From NCBI GenBank assembly GCA_951406725.2, contig OX597820.1, positions 96,658,001-96,722,000 of the forward strand: DNA of 64,000 bases. The letters are read 5' to 3'. The notes below the pieces were generated by a model. That model made no database searches and had not been told where the DNA came from. It saw only the letters and a program-made list of their open reading frames with translations. This document shows, piece after piece, positions 49,078 through 62,522 of this stretch. Origin of the DNA: Octopus vulgaris (lineage: Eukaryota). The translations under genes were made by a program, and so were the position numbers. The number at the start of each line of letters is the position of its first letter. The first letter of the stretch is position 1.

Positions 49078-49626
49078 TTTCGTAGCTCAGCACCCACTAT
49101 TAATGAATGGCAGTTTACAAAAGACATCACACCATATTTTGCACAAAAAATAAAAATCAGCACTTGTTTTATTCAAAAACAAACTAGTTTTGTGTAATGA
49201 TGTTATTCCACCTCACTCAACATGTGCCTCGTTTTAAATATTTACTGGTCCCAGCGCCTCCTATATTACATTTTCATGGAAATGACCAAACAAGGCGAAG
49301 ATTTATATGCTGAAATTAAATTTTTTTTTTCATTTCTACTATAGGTACAAGGTTTTGAAATTTTGGGAGGCATTACACGAACCCAGTGCTCGATTGTTAC
49401 TTTATCTTATCGATCCTGCAAAAATGAAAGGCAACTGAGAAAACGAGCACATATGTCAATATTCCCCTTAAAATCCATGGATTTTGCAAATCATATTTGT
49501 AATATCCTATGAACGAGGACTTCAGCTAAAGCGTAGAGTTTGTGGAAGCTTATGTAGCTATACATTAACGAATTTCCATCCAAAAGCTCTTATTACTATA
49601 CACACACACACACACACACTCTGAAT

Positions 49627-50004
49627 TGGAAGCACTCCGTCGGTTACGACGACGAGGGTTCCGGTTGATCCGATCAACGGAACAGCCTGCTCGTGAAATT
49701 AACGTGTAAGTGGCTGAGCACTCCACAGACACGTGTACCCTTAACGTAGTTCTCGGGGATATTCAGCGTGACACAGAGAGTGACAAGGCCGGCCCTTTGA
49801 AATACAGGTACAACAGAAACAGGAAGTAAGAGTGAGAGAAAGTTGTGGTGAAAGAGTACAGCAGGGATCACCACCATCCCTGCCGGAGCCTCGTGGAGCT
49901 TTTAGGTGTTTTCGCTCAATAAACACTCACAACGCCCGGTCTGGGAATCGAAACCGCGATCCTACGACCGCGAGTCCGCTGCCCTAACCACTGGGCCATT
50001 GCGC

Positions 50005-50053
<49 letters not shown>

Positions 50054-50292
50054 TATTTGTTATTTCTTTATTGCCCACAAGGGGCTAAACATAGAGAGGA
50101 CAAACAAGGACAGACAAACGGATTAAGTCGATTACATAGAACCCAGTGCGTAACTGGTACTTAATTTATCGACCCCGAAAGGATGGAAGGCAAAGTCGAC
50201 TTCGGTGGAATTTGAACTCAGAACGTAGCGGCAGACGAAATACGGGTACGCATTTCGCCCGACGTGCTAACGTTTCTGCCAGCTCGCCACCT
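49627..50292 (-). mobile_element. SINE E (49627-50008) and SINE A (50060-50292) separated by (CA)n
   Basis: Reverse complements of the families above. Confidence 0.88.
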
Positions 50293-50335
50293 TAGTATGT
50301 ATATTTGTATTAATGTGTGTATGTGTGTGTGAGTG

Positions 50336-50419
<84 letters not shown>

Positions 50420-50946
50420 CACACATGTACATCACGCATTTTATCAAATACCACAGAAGACATTGGTTGACCTGGGGTCACAGTAAAAGACACTCGCCAA
50501 AGATTCCACACAGTCAGAATGAAGCCACAACCACGTGTTTGTAACAGTATGTTGGAGTGTATTGTCTAGTATATACTGTCCTTCTAGAAGACGATAAGGT
50601 TTAATAAGAGGGAGGTTTTACTGCTGCATCTAACCTGTCAAGTGATCACGTTGAAGCAAACCCCCACCTCATTGGCTCAGAGAAATCCTTGTTATTAAGG
50701 ACAGTGTAATTGCGGAGCTGGTGGAGTGGTGGATAAAATAGCTTGCAGAATGTGTTTCAGGTCTTTACGTTCTGAGTTCAAATACTACCAAAGTCATCCT
50801 TCTGGGATCGATTACAGAAACTGTCCAGTGCTGGAATCCGTTTAGATTGATTAACCTAAATTTTTAAATTACCCCAAATTTTTGGCTTTATGCCTATGAT
50901 AGAAGCAATGATTAAAGGTGGAGATTAAACGTGTAAGATTAATATA

Positions 50947-51178
50947 TATTTCTTTACTGCCCTCAAGGGGCTAAACATAGAGGGGGACAAACAAGGGCAG
51001 ACAAAGGGATTAAGTCGATTACATCGACCTAGTGCGAAACTGGTACTTTATTTATCGACCCCGAGAGGATGAAAGGCAAAGTCGACCTCGGCAGAATTTG
51101 AACTCAGAACGTAACGGCAGACGAAATACGGCTACGCATTTCGCCCGGCGTGCTAACGATTCTGCCAGCTCGCCTCCT
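50947..51178 (-). mobile_element. SINE family A monomer
   Basis: Full head to tail; TSD TAAGATTAATATA. Confidence 0.9.
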
Positions 51179-53989
51179 TAAGATTAATATATTAAGATTA
51201 ATATATAATGTAAGATTAATATATCTCGCAGCACTAAGGTGGCGAGCTGGCAGAGTTATTAACACACCAAACAGAATACTTAGCGGAATTTCGCCCGTCT
51301 TTACGTTCTGAGTTCAAATTCTTCCGAGGTTGACTTTGCCTTTCATCCTTTCGTGGCCGATAAAATAAGTGTTGCCGAGATGACCAGACTTTGTGAGTGA
51401 AATTGAGTAGATGAAAACTATATAGAAACCTTTATATGGATTGCACATGTTATTCAAAAAGATACCGCCTTGTAACACACAGTCATGCTGATTCCGCCTG
51501 AGAATTACATTACTGGTTTACATGTCTGTGGAATACTGAGTCACTCACACGTTAATTCAAGAGTAGGTAATTTGGTTGATCAAACAGGTGAATCCTTCTC
51601 GTCGTCGAACGACGGAGATCCACCCCACCCCGCAAATATTTGCTACAAATGTTTCATAAACAATAACCAATTTCTAACCTGAAACGATTTTGTGCAATAG
51701 AGTCCAACAAGATCAGTAGTTTTCTTTCAGTTTAAAGAAATAAAATAAAATAAATAGAAAAGCATAAACACTCCTTTCACTTGAATCACCAAGATCGGTT
51801 TATAGGTCACACTATCTTTATTCACTCTCAATTTACAAGTTGATTTCAGGTTTCTTATTAATATAAACCTGTACAGTATGTCTGTCGGTCCTGGAAATAC
51901 CTGTCACTATTGTGTGACTGAAGCCAAGCACTGACTAGTTAATACTAAGATCGGACGACCGGTTTGTAGTGACATTGGTGTGATACATAACTCACTGGGT
52001 TGGCTCTATGGAATATATTTAGAGCAATTCAATTTAGCTGAGCCTAGCCCTCTGCAGACTATGACTACCAGAACAGCTGAACTACGTTAATATTACAGAG
52101 CCCACGATTCCGCAGAGGTTGACTTCGCCATTCTTCCTTTCGGGATCGATAACATAAAACACCAGTTGAACACTGGGATCGATGTAATCGACTTGTCCCC
52201 CCGCCCCTCGAAATTGCTGGCCTTGTGCCAAAATATGAAATCGATATTACAGAGCCTGCTTTAAGACGGCGGGCTGGTAGAATCGTTATCACGCCAGGAA
52301 CAAAATACGTAGCGATATTTCGAAAGTCTTTGAGTTCTGACTTCAAATTCGGCTGAGGTCGACTTTGCCTTTCGTCCTTTAATTATGTACCAATTAAACA
52401 GTGGGGTCGATGTAATTGACTTATTCCCTTCCTCGAAACTGCTGGCCTTGTTCCAAAATTTGAAATCAATATTACTATGCCCCTGTATATCTACGTGTGT
52501 GTATTTATGTGTGTATATGTATGTGTATATATGTGTGTGTAAGTATGTGTATGTATTTATGTATATATGTATATATTTATGTATCTGTACGTATGTATGT
52601 GTGCTTTTGTGTTTGTCCCCCACCACTACTTGACAATTAGTATTGGTTTGTTTATTACGTTCCTTAATGGTTCGGCAAAAAGAGGTCTATAGAATAAGTA
52701 TTAATCATAAAAAAATAACAACTGAAATAAATTTATTCGATTAAACCTTTGAAGGCGGTGCCTCAGCATGGCCGCAGTCTAAAAACTGAAACAAGTAAAA
52801 TATAAAAGATAAAGGAAGTCTGTAATTTCATATTATTTTTATTTGTTTTTATACACAATACCATCACGAATGTAAGATATCAGCCTTCATCTATGACGTC
52901 ATCTCTTTAACTAGGAAGTTACAATACACGCACGATACTAGTATTTTATATTGTACTCTGCAAGTATTAAGTTTTATGAAAGGTATAAAAATAAAGCAGT
53001 GAACATGATTACAGATAAATAAAATCAAAACCATCATATTTTTAAAACAAGGGTTCTCAACCATTTTTTATCTGTGGACCCCCTTTGATTACTATTTTAT
53101 TCCGGTGGACCCCATAGCCATTATATGTTTAAAAACTAGTTTTATAGAAACTTCTTTCAAAATTCCTATTTTGTTTTTCGCCTATTAACTTGTGTAGGTT
53201 GAACAATGCAAAATGTTAGAGAAAGAAACCTAGGTGTTTCTTGGAGTACACACCAATACATACATCTAAAGCAAAATTTTTTTAAGGGTCCCTTAAAATA
53301 TTATTGTGGAACTCCAATTTACTATTTTCTTGCGTGGAGCCCCAAAATTCTTATATGGAATGTCGGAGGCCATATGAACTCGGATTGATAACCACTGGCC
53401 CTGATCATGTTACATCCATTCATGAAGGGGAAATTCAGATCTCACGTAAAAATAGAATTTTCTAATTACAGTACAAAAACGTAAAAAGAAAACTGTGTCA
53501 TGTCCGAGAAACTTGAGAGGGAAGATACGTCATCGATGACATCACTGTGCGGTGGAAAGTCCAGCAAGTTATCGGTATCCCACTACGAAGTCGTATTTCA
53601 CCTGAGGTAGATGAGCAATACCCAGGGTAGCTGCGGTCATGTGTACTAAAGGAAAATAACAGCTGTAGCTGATGGAACTTTTCCAGCACTTTGCGGTATT
53701 TTCTATTCCTGGCTTGTCATATTGGCATTCAAAAATCTTTCGGATTATAGAGGTTTTCAGATTTTAGAATTTCGAATAAAGGGTTTTTAACATGTAGTAG
53801 TGTTCTCGTGTTATTCTTTTCAATTATTTTAATGATTTCAGTCAAAGAACTACGACTAGTCAGGTACTTGTTTTATCGATATCCATTTGTCAAACTATTA
53901 AGTTCTGTGACTTAAAGGGTTGAAACATAAATAACATCAGTTATAACTTGAATAGATATAACCATAATCCAAACACATACATACGATCT

Positions 53990-54073
<84 letters not shown>

Positions 54074-54111
54074 ATGTGTGTGTGTACACATATACGTATA
54101 TGTATATATAT

Positions 54112-54689
54112 ATCTCTTATTATAAAAGGCAGATTTTATCTGCCTCCCTTTGTCTCTTATAGAAATCTACAATATAGGATTTCTTCAATTACAATTTACC
54201 TAGCATTTTTAAGAGTAGAATGCATCGGGTCGTGCCAGATACGGTTTTTAAAATTTCAACCCCAATTAAGCAAAATTTAGAGAAAACTCACATTGTGGTG
54301 TGTAAGTGAAGTGCTTTTCTTAGTGTGGGCTACAGCACACACACACGCACACACACAAAAACGGAGCGATCTGCTTCACTCACGCTATCACCCTAATTTC
54401 TCCTCCTTTCTCTTTGCAAGTGTGCAACGATTAAAGTGAAAGTATTTCTATAAAACGAGAGAAGTGTACCTTAAACCACTACTCAAAAAAAAAAACAGCA
54501 AACAGAAACAAATAAATACATAACGATTTCTTCAATTACAGTTTACCTATGATTTTTACAAGTACTTCCATTCGGTCATGCCATACAAAATTTCTTTCAA
54601 TTTCACCCCCAATTAAGACAAAATTCGAGAAAACTCAATATTTTAACATTTCTCTCCGAAAGCATTGATGTACGTGTGTGCGTGAGTGA

Positions 54690-54742
<53 letters not shown>

Positions 54743-55650
54743 ATGGGGTGTGCGACACAGAAAGTGTGGTGTGTATGTGAAGTGCTTTTGTTAGTGTGTG
54801 TAAAGAGACAGAGAGAGTAATGTTGTGCTGTGTACCTAAAGCACGCACACACACACACAAGCGGAGCGCGAACTTCAAAAGAACTTCGCGCGCTATCTAT
54901 CTGGTTTGCCATTCCTCACATACACGCATACACATACGTATATGACGGTGACAAACACAAACGTTTCAAACAACTACATACAAACACTCAAACACACACA
55001 CACGTGTGTGTTTGTTATTAGTAAAAAAGGCGCCAAACACAACTCACTTCTCATACGAACACATTTGCAAAAACACACCGATTGCCATAACAATACAGAA
55101 AAGGTAAATTGGTTTTTAATTTACTTTCTGTCGTTAAATTTTGGTAGTATTAATTGGCGAGCGTACTTCTGTTGTTAATTGTTGACAGAAAGAAATTGTA
55201 AGCTAATAAGGTGTGAGTGTGTGTGTAGGAAGTGAAGAATAAAAATATTGCAAGAAGTGGACAGATGTACATATATACATCCATACATACATGTGTGTGT
55301 GTGTCTATGTATGTGTATTAATGTGTGTGTGTTATCTCTTATTATAAAAGGCAGATTTTATCTGCCTCCCTTTGGGAGTTATACAAATCTACAATATAGC
55401 ATTTCTTCAATTACAATTTACCTAGAATTTTTGAGAGTACAATGCATCGCGTCATGCCAGGTCCAGTTTTTAAAATTTAAACTCCAATTAAGCAAAATTT
55501 ACAGAAAACTCACATTCTGGTGTGTGTGTCAAATGCTTTTTTTAGTCTGGTTTACACCACACGCAAACGCACACACACAGTGGGCAACGAATAAAATGAA
55601 AGTAAATAGCGACAGAGTGATTTGAGGAAGACTAAAGTGAAAGTATTCTG
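54112..55650 (+). mobile_element. Two Helitron-like 5' segments of one family (from 54112 and 55335), no 3' CTAG end found
   Basis: Both start A|TCTCTTATTATAAAAGGCAGATTTTATCTGCCTCCCTTTG and align for ~230 bp. Confidence 0.55.
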
Positions 55651-55757
55651 TCTATGACGCTGATAGATACATGAGTAAAATGTATGGGAAGCTAAGAGCT
55701 AAGAGTGAGTGAAAATGTTCTTGGAAGAGAGTAATTAGTAATAAAGTAAACATACAC

Positions 55758-55805
55758 TCATACATACATACATACATACATACATACATACATACATACA
55801 TACAT

Positions 55806-55844
<39 letters not shown>

Positions 55845-56078
55845 CATACATACACACACACATACATACATACACACATACATACATACATACATATACA
55901 TACATACATACATATACATACATACATACACACACACACATACACACACACAGTATTGAAGCTTGAGAACAATTAGATACATTTGCAACACATCTGTTGA
56001 AAATATTATTGTTCACACACATACATATACATATATACATACATACAGACAGACAGATATACACACACACACACACAT
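55758..56078. repeat. Compound (TACA)n/(CA)n microsatellite
   Basis: Direct reading. Confidence 0.9.
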
Positions 56079-56139
56079 GATCCAGCATGGCCACAACCTC
56101 AAGGCTGAAACATATAAAAGAATAACAGAATATAAATGT

Positions 56140-56500
56140 GTGCAAAGTACAAGAAATATTAATGCAGTATATGGGGATTGGACAATAAGCGTAAGGCAGT
56201 GTCAATGGTGGTTCCAGAAATCCCGAGCCATAAACTACAGCCTAGAAGACGAGCCTCATCCTGAAAGATCTGTAGAACTCGACAAGGACATCCTGAAAAC
56301 CCTGGTGGAACAAAATATCATCGTAACTGTTGAGGAACTAGCAGAGAAGCTTGGATTTGGTCATTCAACCATTCATTGACACCTGTGTGCTATCGGAAAG
56401 AGTCAGCAAATTGGGTCAATGGGTTCCTCACGAACTTTCCGAGTCTAATTGCATGCAGAGAGTGAATGTATGCTTTTCTTTGCTGTCATATCTCACCACT
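56140..56500 (+). pseudogene. Mariner transposase N-terminal fragment
   Basis: TRNINAVYGD..VRQCQWWFQK..YSLEDEP..TVEELAEKLG and KLGQWVPHELS. Confidence 0.85.
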
Positions 56501-56515
56501 ACTGCGCTATATATA

Positions 56516-57142
56516 TCTATATATATAAAACTGTAGTTGTGTGAGTGTCTGTCCCCTTCGATTTAGATTCCTAACTACTCCCACATTTTGCGGTACAGTT
56601 TAACCAAATTCGGGTAGCTTATAGTCGTGATTCATATCGAGCCCGTCTGAATATTAGCGCACGTCTACGATGAGTCTACGATTTTTAAAATAATTTAACA
56701 TCATTTTTTATTCCATTTTAATGCATAATTTTTCGTGTGTCGATGGCGGCGGAGTTGGCGTCCACGCTCACACCTGCACCTGTGGGGAAGGGAATGTAAG
56801 AAAATCAACGTCGTAATGCGTTGTCAAGGAGACCAGTGTTCTTTTAGAACAACGACTTCATGGCTTGAAGACACCAAAACAGAAATGGCTAAGAAAGCGT
56901 CTACATGAGTCTACGATTTAAAAAAAAATTTACCATCGTTTTTTTTCCATTTTAATGCATTTTTTCGCTATTATATAAGGGAAGTAACTCTCTAAAAATG
57001 TCTACGATGAGTCAACGATTTAAAAAAAAAATTACCATCATATTTTTTCCATTTTTAATGCATTTTTTGGGCTATAACTCTCTAAAAATGCTTATATAGT
57101 TATTTCCCTTACAACCCGAGCAACGCCGGGCGATACTGCTAG
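56516..57142 (+). mobile_element. Non-autonomous Helitron with internal duplications
   Basis: A|TCTATATATATAAAACTGTAG ... CCCGAGCAACGCCGGGCGATACTGCTAG. Confidence 0.88.
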
Positions 57143-57500
57143 TCTCTATATAAAGCTGAAGTTGTCTGTGTGCGCTACGTTTGGTAACCTTCAACTAACA
57201 CTATCTCCTCCGAGACCCTGCGGCGCAAGTTGACCAAAATTGAGAGTATGATAGAAGAAGGGTTGCTCTTCCTTCCGTAGAACATAAAATTCAAATCGGA
57301 CCATGTTAACACCAAAAATTATTTACATCAAAAAGCTGCTTTTTTCTATGAAAATCCCTATTTTTTACGATTTTTTCACTGCTGTGTCGCCACTTTTCGG
57401 TATATTTCGACCAGAAAAATGTTCACAAAATTTTTACTTTTCAAAATTACAATTCCAGCGGGTCGAAACAAACCCGAGCAACGCCGGGCGATACTGCTAG
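57143..57500 (+). mobile_element. Second non-autonomous Helitron, different body, same 3' end
   Basis: Starts TCTCTATATAAAGCTGAAG directly after the previous CTAG; ends with the same hairpin and CTAG|T. Confidence 0.85.
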
Positions 57501-57585
57501 TATATATATATCATCTTCATTGTCATCATCATCAGTCACCACCATTAATCATTACCAACATTTAACATTGGACTATATATATATA

Positions 57586-57619
<34 letters not shown>

Positions 57620-57759
57620 TAGAAAAAAACACTATTATGTAATTCAAACAATGATAGACATAAAGAATATCATATCGAAAAAATAAAATATATCATAAAA
57701 CATAATTAGATCACAAAAAGTACCAAAAAAATGAATAAACAATATATAATAAGAAAAAA

Positions 57760-57860
57760 GACTACGTACGTTTCGTGGGTATAACTTCGATTCGAATTAC
57801 AATAGAATTTTAATTTTATCGAAAAACAATTTAATTTAAAGTATAGTCACTCCTCAGGTC
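57760..57860 (-). ncRNA. Type I hammerhead motif with a very long stem II insert
   Basis: Minus strand: gac CTGAGGA gtgactatactt..(AT-rich)..aagttatacccac GAAA cgtacg TA gtc. Confidence 0.7.
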
Positions 57861-57948
57861 AACAGTACGAACAATAATAGTTAAATAAATAATCAAATAT
57901 AATTAAACAATATTTCTTAAAGAAATAAAAACATGATTCTCCTTTCCC

Positions 57949-58083
<135 letters not shown>

Positions 58084-58385
58084 TGTCCCTTTGGCGTGTG
58101 ATCTACAAGGGAGATTATTTTAGGCTACTTCTTAGTTTACTTTTCAATTTCTAAAAATGCGTAAGATGTTGGCTAAAGATTTTTACAATGTAATCAGCAA
58201 TGAGACGAAGGCAGTTGTATATTTACAAGAAAACAGCACTAAATTCCGATAATTTCTTAAGAAACAGAAAGGTGCCACTTTGCTGTGAGATCTACAATTT
58301 ATAGTGATATTATTTTAGATTACTTTTTAGTTTACGTTGTGTTAGTGCTACTTTCCGTGTGATTTACGAGAGCAAATTTGATTTG

Positions 58386-58448
<63 letters not shown>

Positions 58449-58775
58449 TTATATACAGGCACAAGAGATTCCGGTTATGAATATGTCAGGAATATTTTCA
58501 TTTTTATGTTAGCCAAGATGCTTTTGAAGTTACGAACTTAGAAGTTTCAGAGATAACAGCTTTAAAACTACTTATAGTAGCAGTAGTAAAATGAAAATGT
58601 TTACCAACCAAGTGCAGATGTAGTGAGTGATTCGCTGTGAGAGTGTGTGTGTATGTGTATGCCTACATACAAGCGTGTGTGTGAGTGTATGCGTGCGTTT
58701 GTGTGTGTATGTGCGTGCGTGCATGCGTGTGTGTGTGCACGCGTGTGTGTGTGCACGCGTGTGTGCGTGCGTGCA

Positions 58776-58823
<48 letters not shown>

Positions 58824-60135
58824 GTGTGTGTGTGTTAGTGTGTGTTAGTGTGTGTCTATTTGTAACACGCGAGAACACCAACAATAGCAGATAAAAAATA
58901 TCATGAATTCTGTTGTGTCTGGGGAGAATCATTATCTTTTTGTGCCTTTTAATGTAACACACTCACCGGTAAAATGTTATCATGAATGTGATTTAAATTT
59001 CTCACAGCCAACAAACAATAATTTCACTCATTTAGATTATTGAAATCAGCTTTCATGTTATAGCTATATAGTTCTTCATTAGCGTTTGATCGTTCCAGTC
59101 TCCTACTATCTTTAAACGATTTAAATATCCATTACTATAACTTATCTCATAAAAATGTAAGCATGTTATTTTAAAATCTAAACAGCTGTTGGATTCCCAA
59201 TCCATAAAGAAAGCATACGAAACAGTTGCATATGGGCTTAATAACATTTATTTCATTTCCTATGTTATATTGTAACACAAAAATACAATAAGATTAGGCT
59301 GCTGCAAGGATAACGGAATTTAACATAAACAAGTTCTTAGCTTGAAACTATTTATTTCAAAGATGGAGAAAATAAGAAGACGTTATTTTTTTTGCCTTTT
59401 TCCAAGAACGTTAATTATGCAAATGAAATAGTATAGTTTCACTCCAACATAGAAACCAATTAGCAAGGCCAACTTGCATAGAATATCTCAAACAGTAATG
59501 TCCTCCTTTTTCCAGCAGACGTTTTAATTCAAGGACACATAAACCACGGAAGTCGATATTGATTGGTTGATAAAATCTAAGTGTATTAAACATGTAGAAA
59601 TATTCAGTGGCAGTATTTGAGTGGAGGTGTAAGATACATTTTGCCATACGTGGCAGTCAGGACATAGATGTTATCAACTGTGTTAAAATCCCTGTACAAA
59701 TATTCAAGCCAAAAGAAAAATTCCTTAAGGAAAACAAAAATTTTATGTATTACAATAGTTAAATATTAATTTATTTTGTATAATATTATTTTTACTTTTA
59801 CTGGCACAAAATTTACAAAGCTAAAATTAAGTATTTCATAACTAAAAAAATATAAAGCAAATCTTTGTTAATGTTTTAGCCATAAGGTACACAGCTAGAT
59901 GATATCTTTTTATTCACTTAATGTTGTCACTTTATATTCATGAACTCAGTTTCATTAAGTTCAAACAGCTATCAAAATCGGGTCTCAAATTCATCTTGTT
60001 ACCAGCTTATTTTCTATTCGACAGAGTAACAATAAAATCTAGATAAATGAATGTTCTCAAATTGACAGAAATGTGGAGTTACTACACCGGGTCCATAAGA
60101 ATCTCGCAAAGGGCATTGAAATTTGTATCACTAGT

Positions 60136-60560
60136 GGCGCAGGAGTGGCTGTGTGGTAAGTAGCTTGCTAACCAACCACATGTTTCCGGGTTCAGTCCCA
60201 CTGCGTGGCATCTTGGGTAAGTGTCTTCTGCTATAGCCCCGGGCCGACCAATGCCTTGTGAGTGGATTTGGTAGACGGAAACTGAAAGAAGCCGGTCGTA
60301 TATATGTATATATATATATATATATAAGTGTGTGTGTATATGTTTGTGTGTCTGTGTTTGTCCCCCTAGCATTGCTTGACAACCGATGCTGGTGTGTTTA
60401 CGTCCCCGTCACTTAGCGGTTCGGCAAAAGCGACCGATAGAATAAGTACTGGGCTTACAAAGAATAAGTCCCGGGGTCGATTTGCTCACTAAAGGCGGTG
60501 CTCCTGCATGGCCGCAGTCAAATGTCTGAAACAAGTAAAAGAGTAAAAGAGTAAAAGAGT
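60136..60560 (+). mobile_element. SINE family B, full length
   Basis: Head GGCGCAGGAGTGGCTGTGTGGTAAG to (GTAAAAGA)3 tail. Confidence 0.9.
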
Positions 60561-60681
60561 GGTGGAAACCATGTTAAAAATATTATTTATTAATGAAGTT
60601 GGATAAAATTATTGAAAATATATATTTTCGCTAATGTATCCAGAATATACGATCACCCTGTTTAACATACACCAAATGTTG

Positions 60682-61001
60682 TCACAATATTGGTTTAGTG
60701 ACGAAGTGCGGTATCAATGGTAGCTTGAAGCGTTCATCAGTACTGGGAATCAGAACCGATTGGCAAAATCTATTTGTCAAGAGCAACTTAAATAGCATTT
60801 GCTTTGTTTAACATAAATTTTAAAATAGTTTACCTTAATCTTCTGTTTATGATCTCTAATACTAGAAAGAGAAATTTTGACACTACAGTTTGACTTCTAA
60901 AATTTTACTATCAACTTTCTATGTTAGTTTTGACATATCCTTCAGTTACAGTTGGTTACTTACCAAGTGGAAACACCCAGTTTCTTGAAGGTTTATCAAA
61001 C
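60682..61001 (-). other. Three candidate small exons (61001-60964, 60861-60834, 60769-60682)
   Basis: AG/GT boundaries incl. G|GTAAGT and AG|GTAAAC; joined frame open to a stop: FDKPSRNWVFPLVLEIINRRLRFCQSVLIPSTDERFKLPLIPHFVTKPIL*. Confidence 0.25.
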
Positions 61002-62522
61002 CTTAATAAGAATGTTATAACACTCTATGTCCCCTTCTCAATTTATTTGGGGCATAGATCTTGATCAAAAGAAATTAATACTCCATTTCGCTCTAAAAAG
61101 AGGCAGAGTTTCCTGAGTCAATGAAGGGTTTGTATAAATTGAATTGGTGCATTTCGTTACGTCCCTCTCGGCTTTAAATCCAAACACCAGCGGTGCCGAC
61201 TTTATTGTTTATTCCTCCTCTCGTGAGTGTGTGAGTGCGGGGGGGGGGTCGATATTGAAGAAGGCGAGATATTTAATCTGACTATGCCATTTGATACAAA
61301 TGTTGCTCTCATAGCTAGAAATTATTTCCCAATTCCTTTGGGAAATAACCCTTCTCTCTCTCTACCGCTGTCCGTCTGTCTTCCTGCCCGTCTCTGTCTC
61401 ACTGTTTGTTTCTCTATCTCTCTCCCTCTCTCTATCTTTCTCCTACTTCCTTCCCCCTCTCTCTATCTTTCTACTACTCTCTCCCCCCCTCTCTCTCTCC
61501 CTCTCTCTATCTTTCTCCCACTCTCTTCCCCCCTCTCTCTCTTTCTCTTAAAAGAACAGCAGGATCTCTTTTGACTTTAATTTAAATAACACCGATGATA
61601 TGGCTCAGTAACAAGAACAAGCAGGAAGCGAGTCAAGACTATGATGTACTTTTTCCCCTCTGCTACATCCATTTTCCTATAATTACACTGAACATGCACC
61701 CAGAAAGAACAAAAGCCACAATCTCCCCAACTTCTTTTTTTTTTTGTCTTAGTCCTATAAGTAGGACGTGTAACCTCAATGAAAGAAAAACAATAAAATA
61801 GTTTCGCTACAATTTAACAATACACAAAGTAAAATAAAATCCAACCAAAACTAACGTTGCATTGGAAACAAAATAGAAAAGATTAGTGTAAGTGAATTAT
61901 TACCTGATCTTGTATCAAAATTTACAGGATAGGCTAACACACCCTGTTGGTCAAAACTATTAAAGTATTTGGACCTAGTTTGCGACCGGAAGATTATACA
62001 ATCTATTTATGCACTAATTCCAGTTTCATTTTCCAATGAGCAATCCCATTGTTTGTTAAATGGTGCTAGTATGAAGGATATTTCAGTGAAGGCCCTATAA
62101 GACAAATATCTGGCCTAGTAGATTAGAGGCAAGAAAATAAAATTTTGTCCTCAGAAGTCGACGCTGTGACTTTTTTTTAATTCATTCGACTGAAAATTCT
62201 TCAAGGTAGTGCCCCAACATGGCCACAGTCTAATGACTGTAAATGAAAGCAAAAGGTGAAAGATGTGTAATGAAAGTAAAAGGTGAGAAAGTAAAAAGAA
62301 AACAATAAATAGCCGTAAAATATAACAGTGGGGCTTTTGTCCACTTTCACATTTTAACTTTGGGGCTCTTGTCCGTGGGGCTTTTGTGCTGGCGGGGGGG
62401 GGGGGGGTCTTGTCCTACACTCATAATAAACATATACACACATATATTTGGAGAGTGTGAACAAGGAATGACTTAGTTTGTATTAGCTGGTGTATGTAAC
62501 TGTGTCCGCGCGCTTGTGTGTA

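Noticed and set aside
59053-59647. Two minus-strand ORFs in AT-rich unique DNA
   Set aside because: No motifs or convincing splice signals
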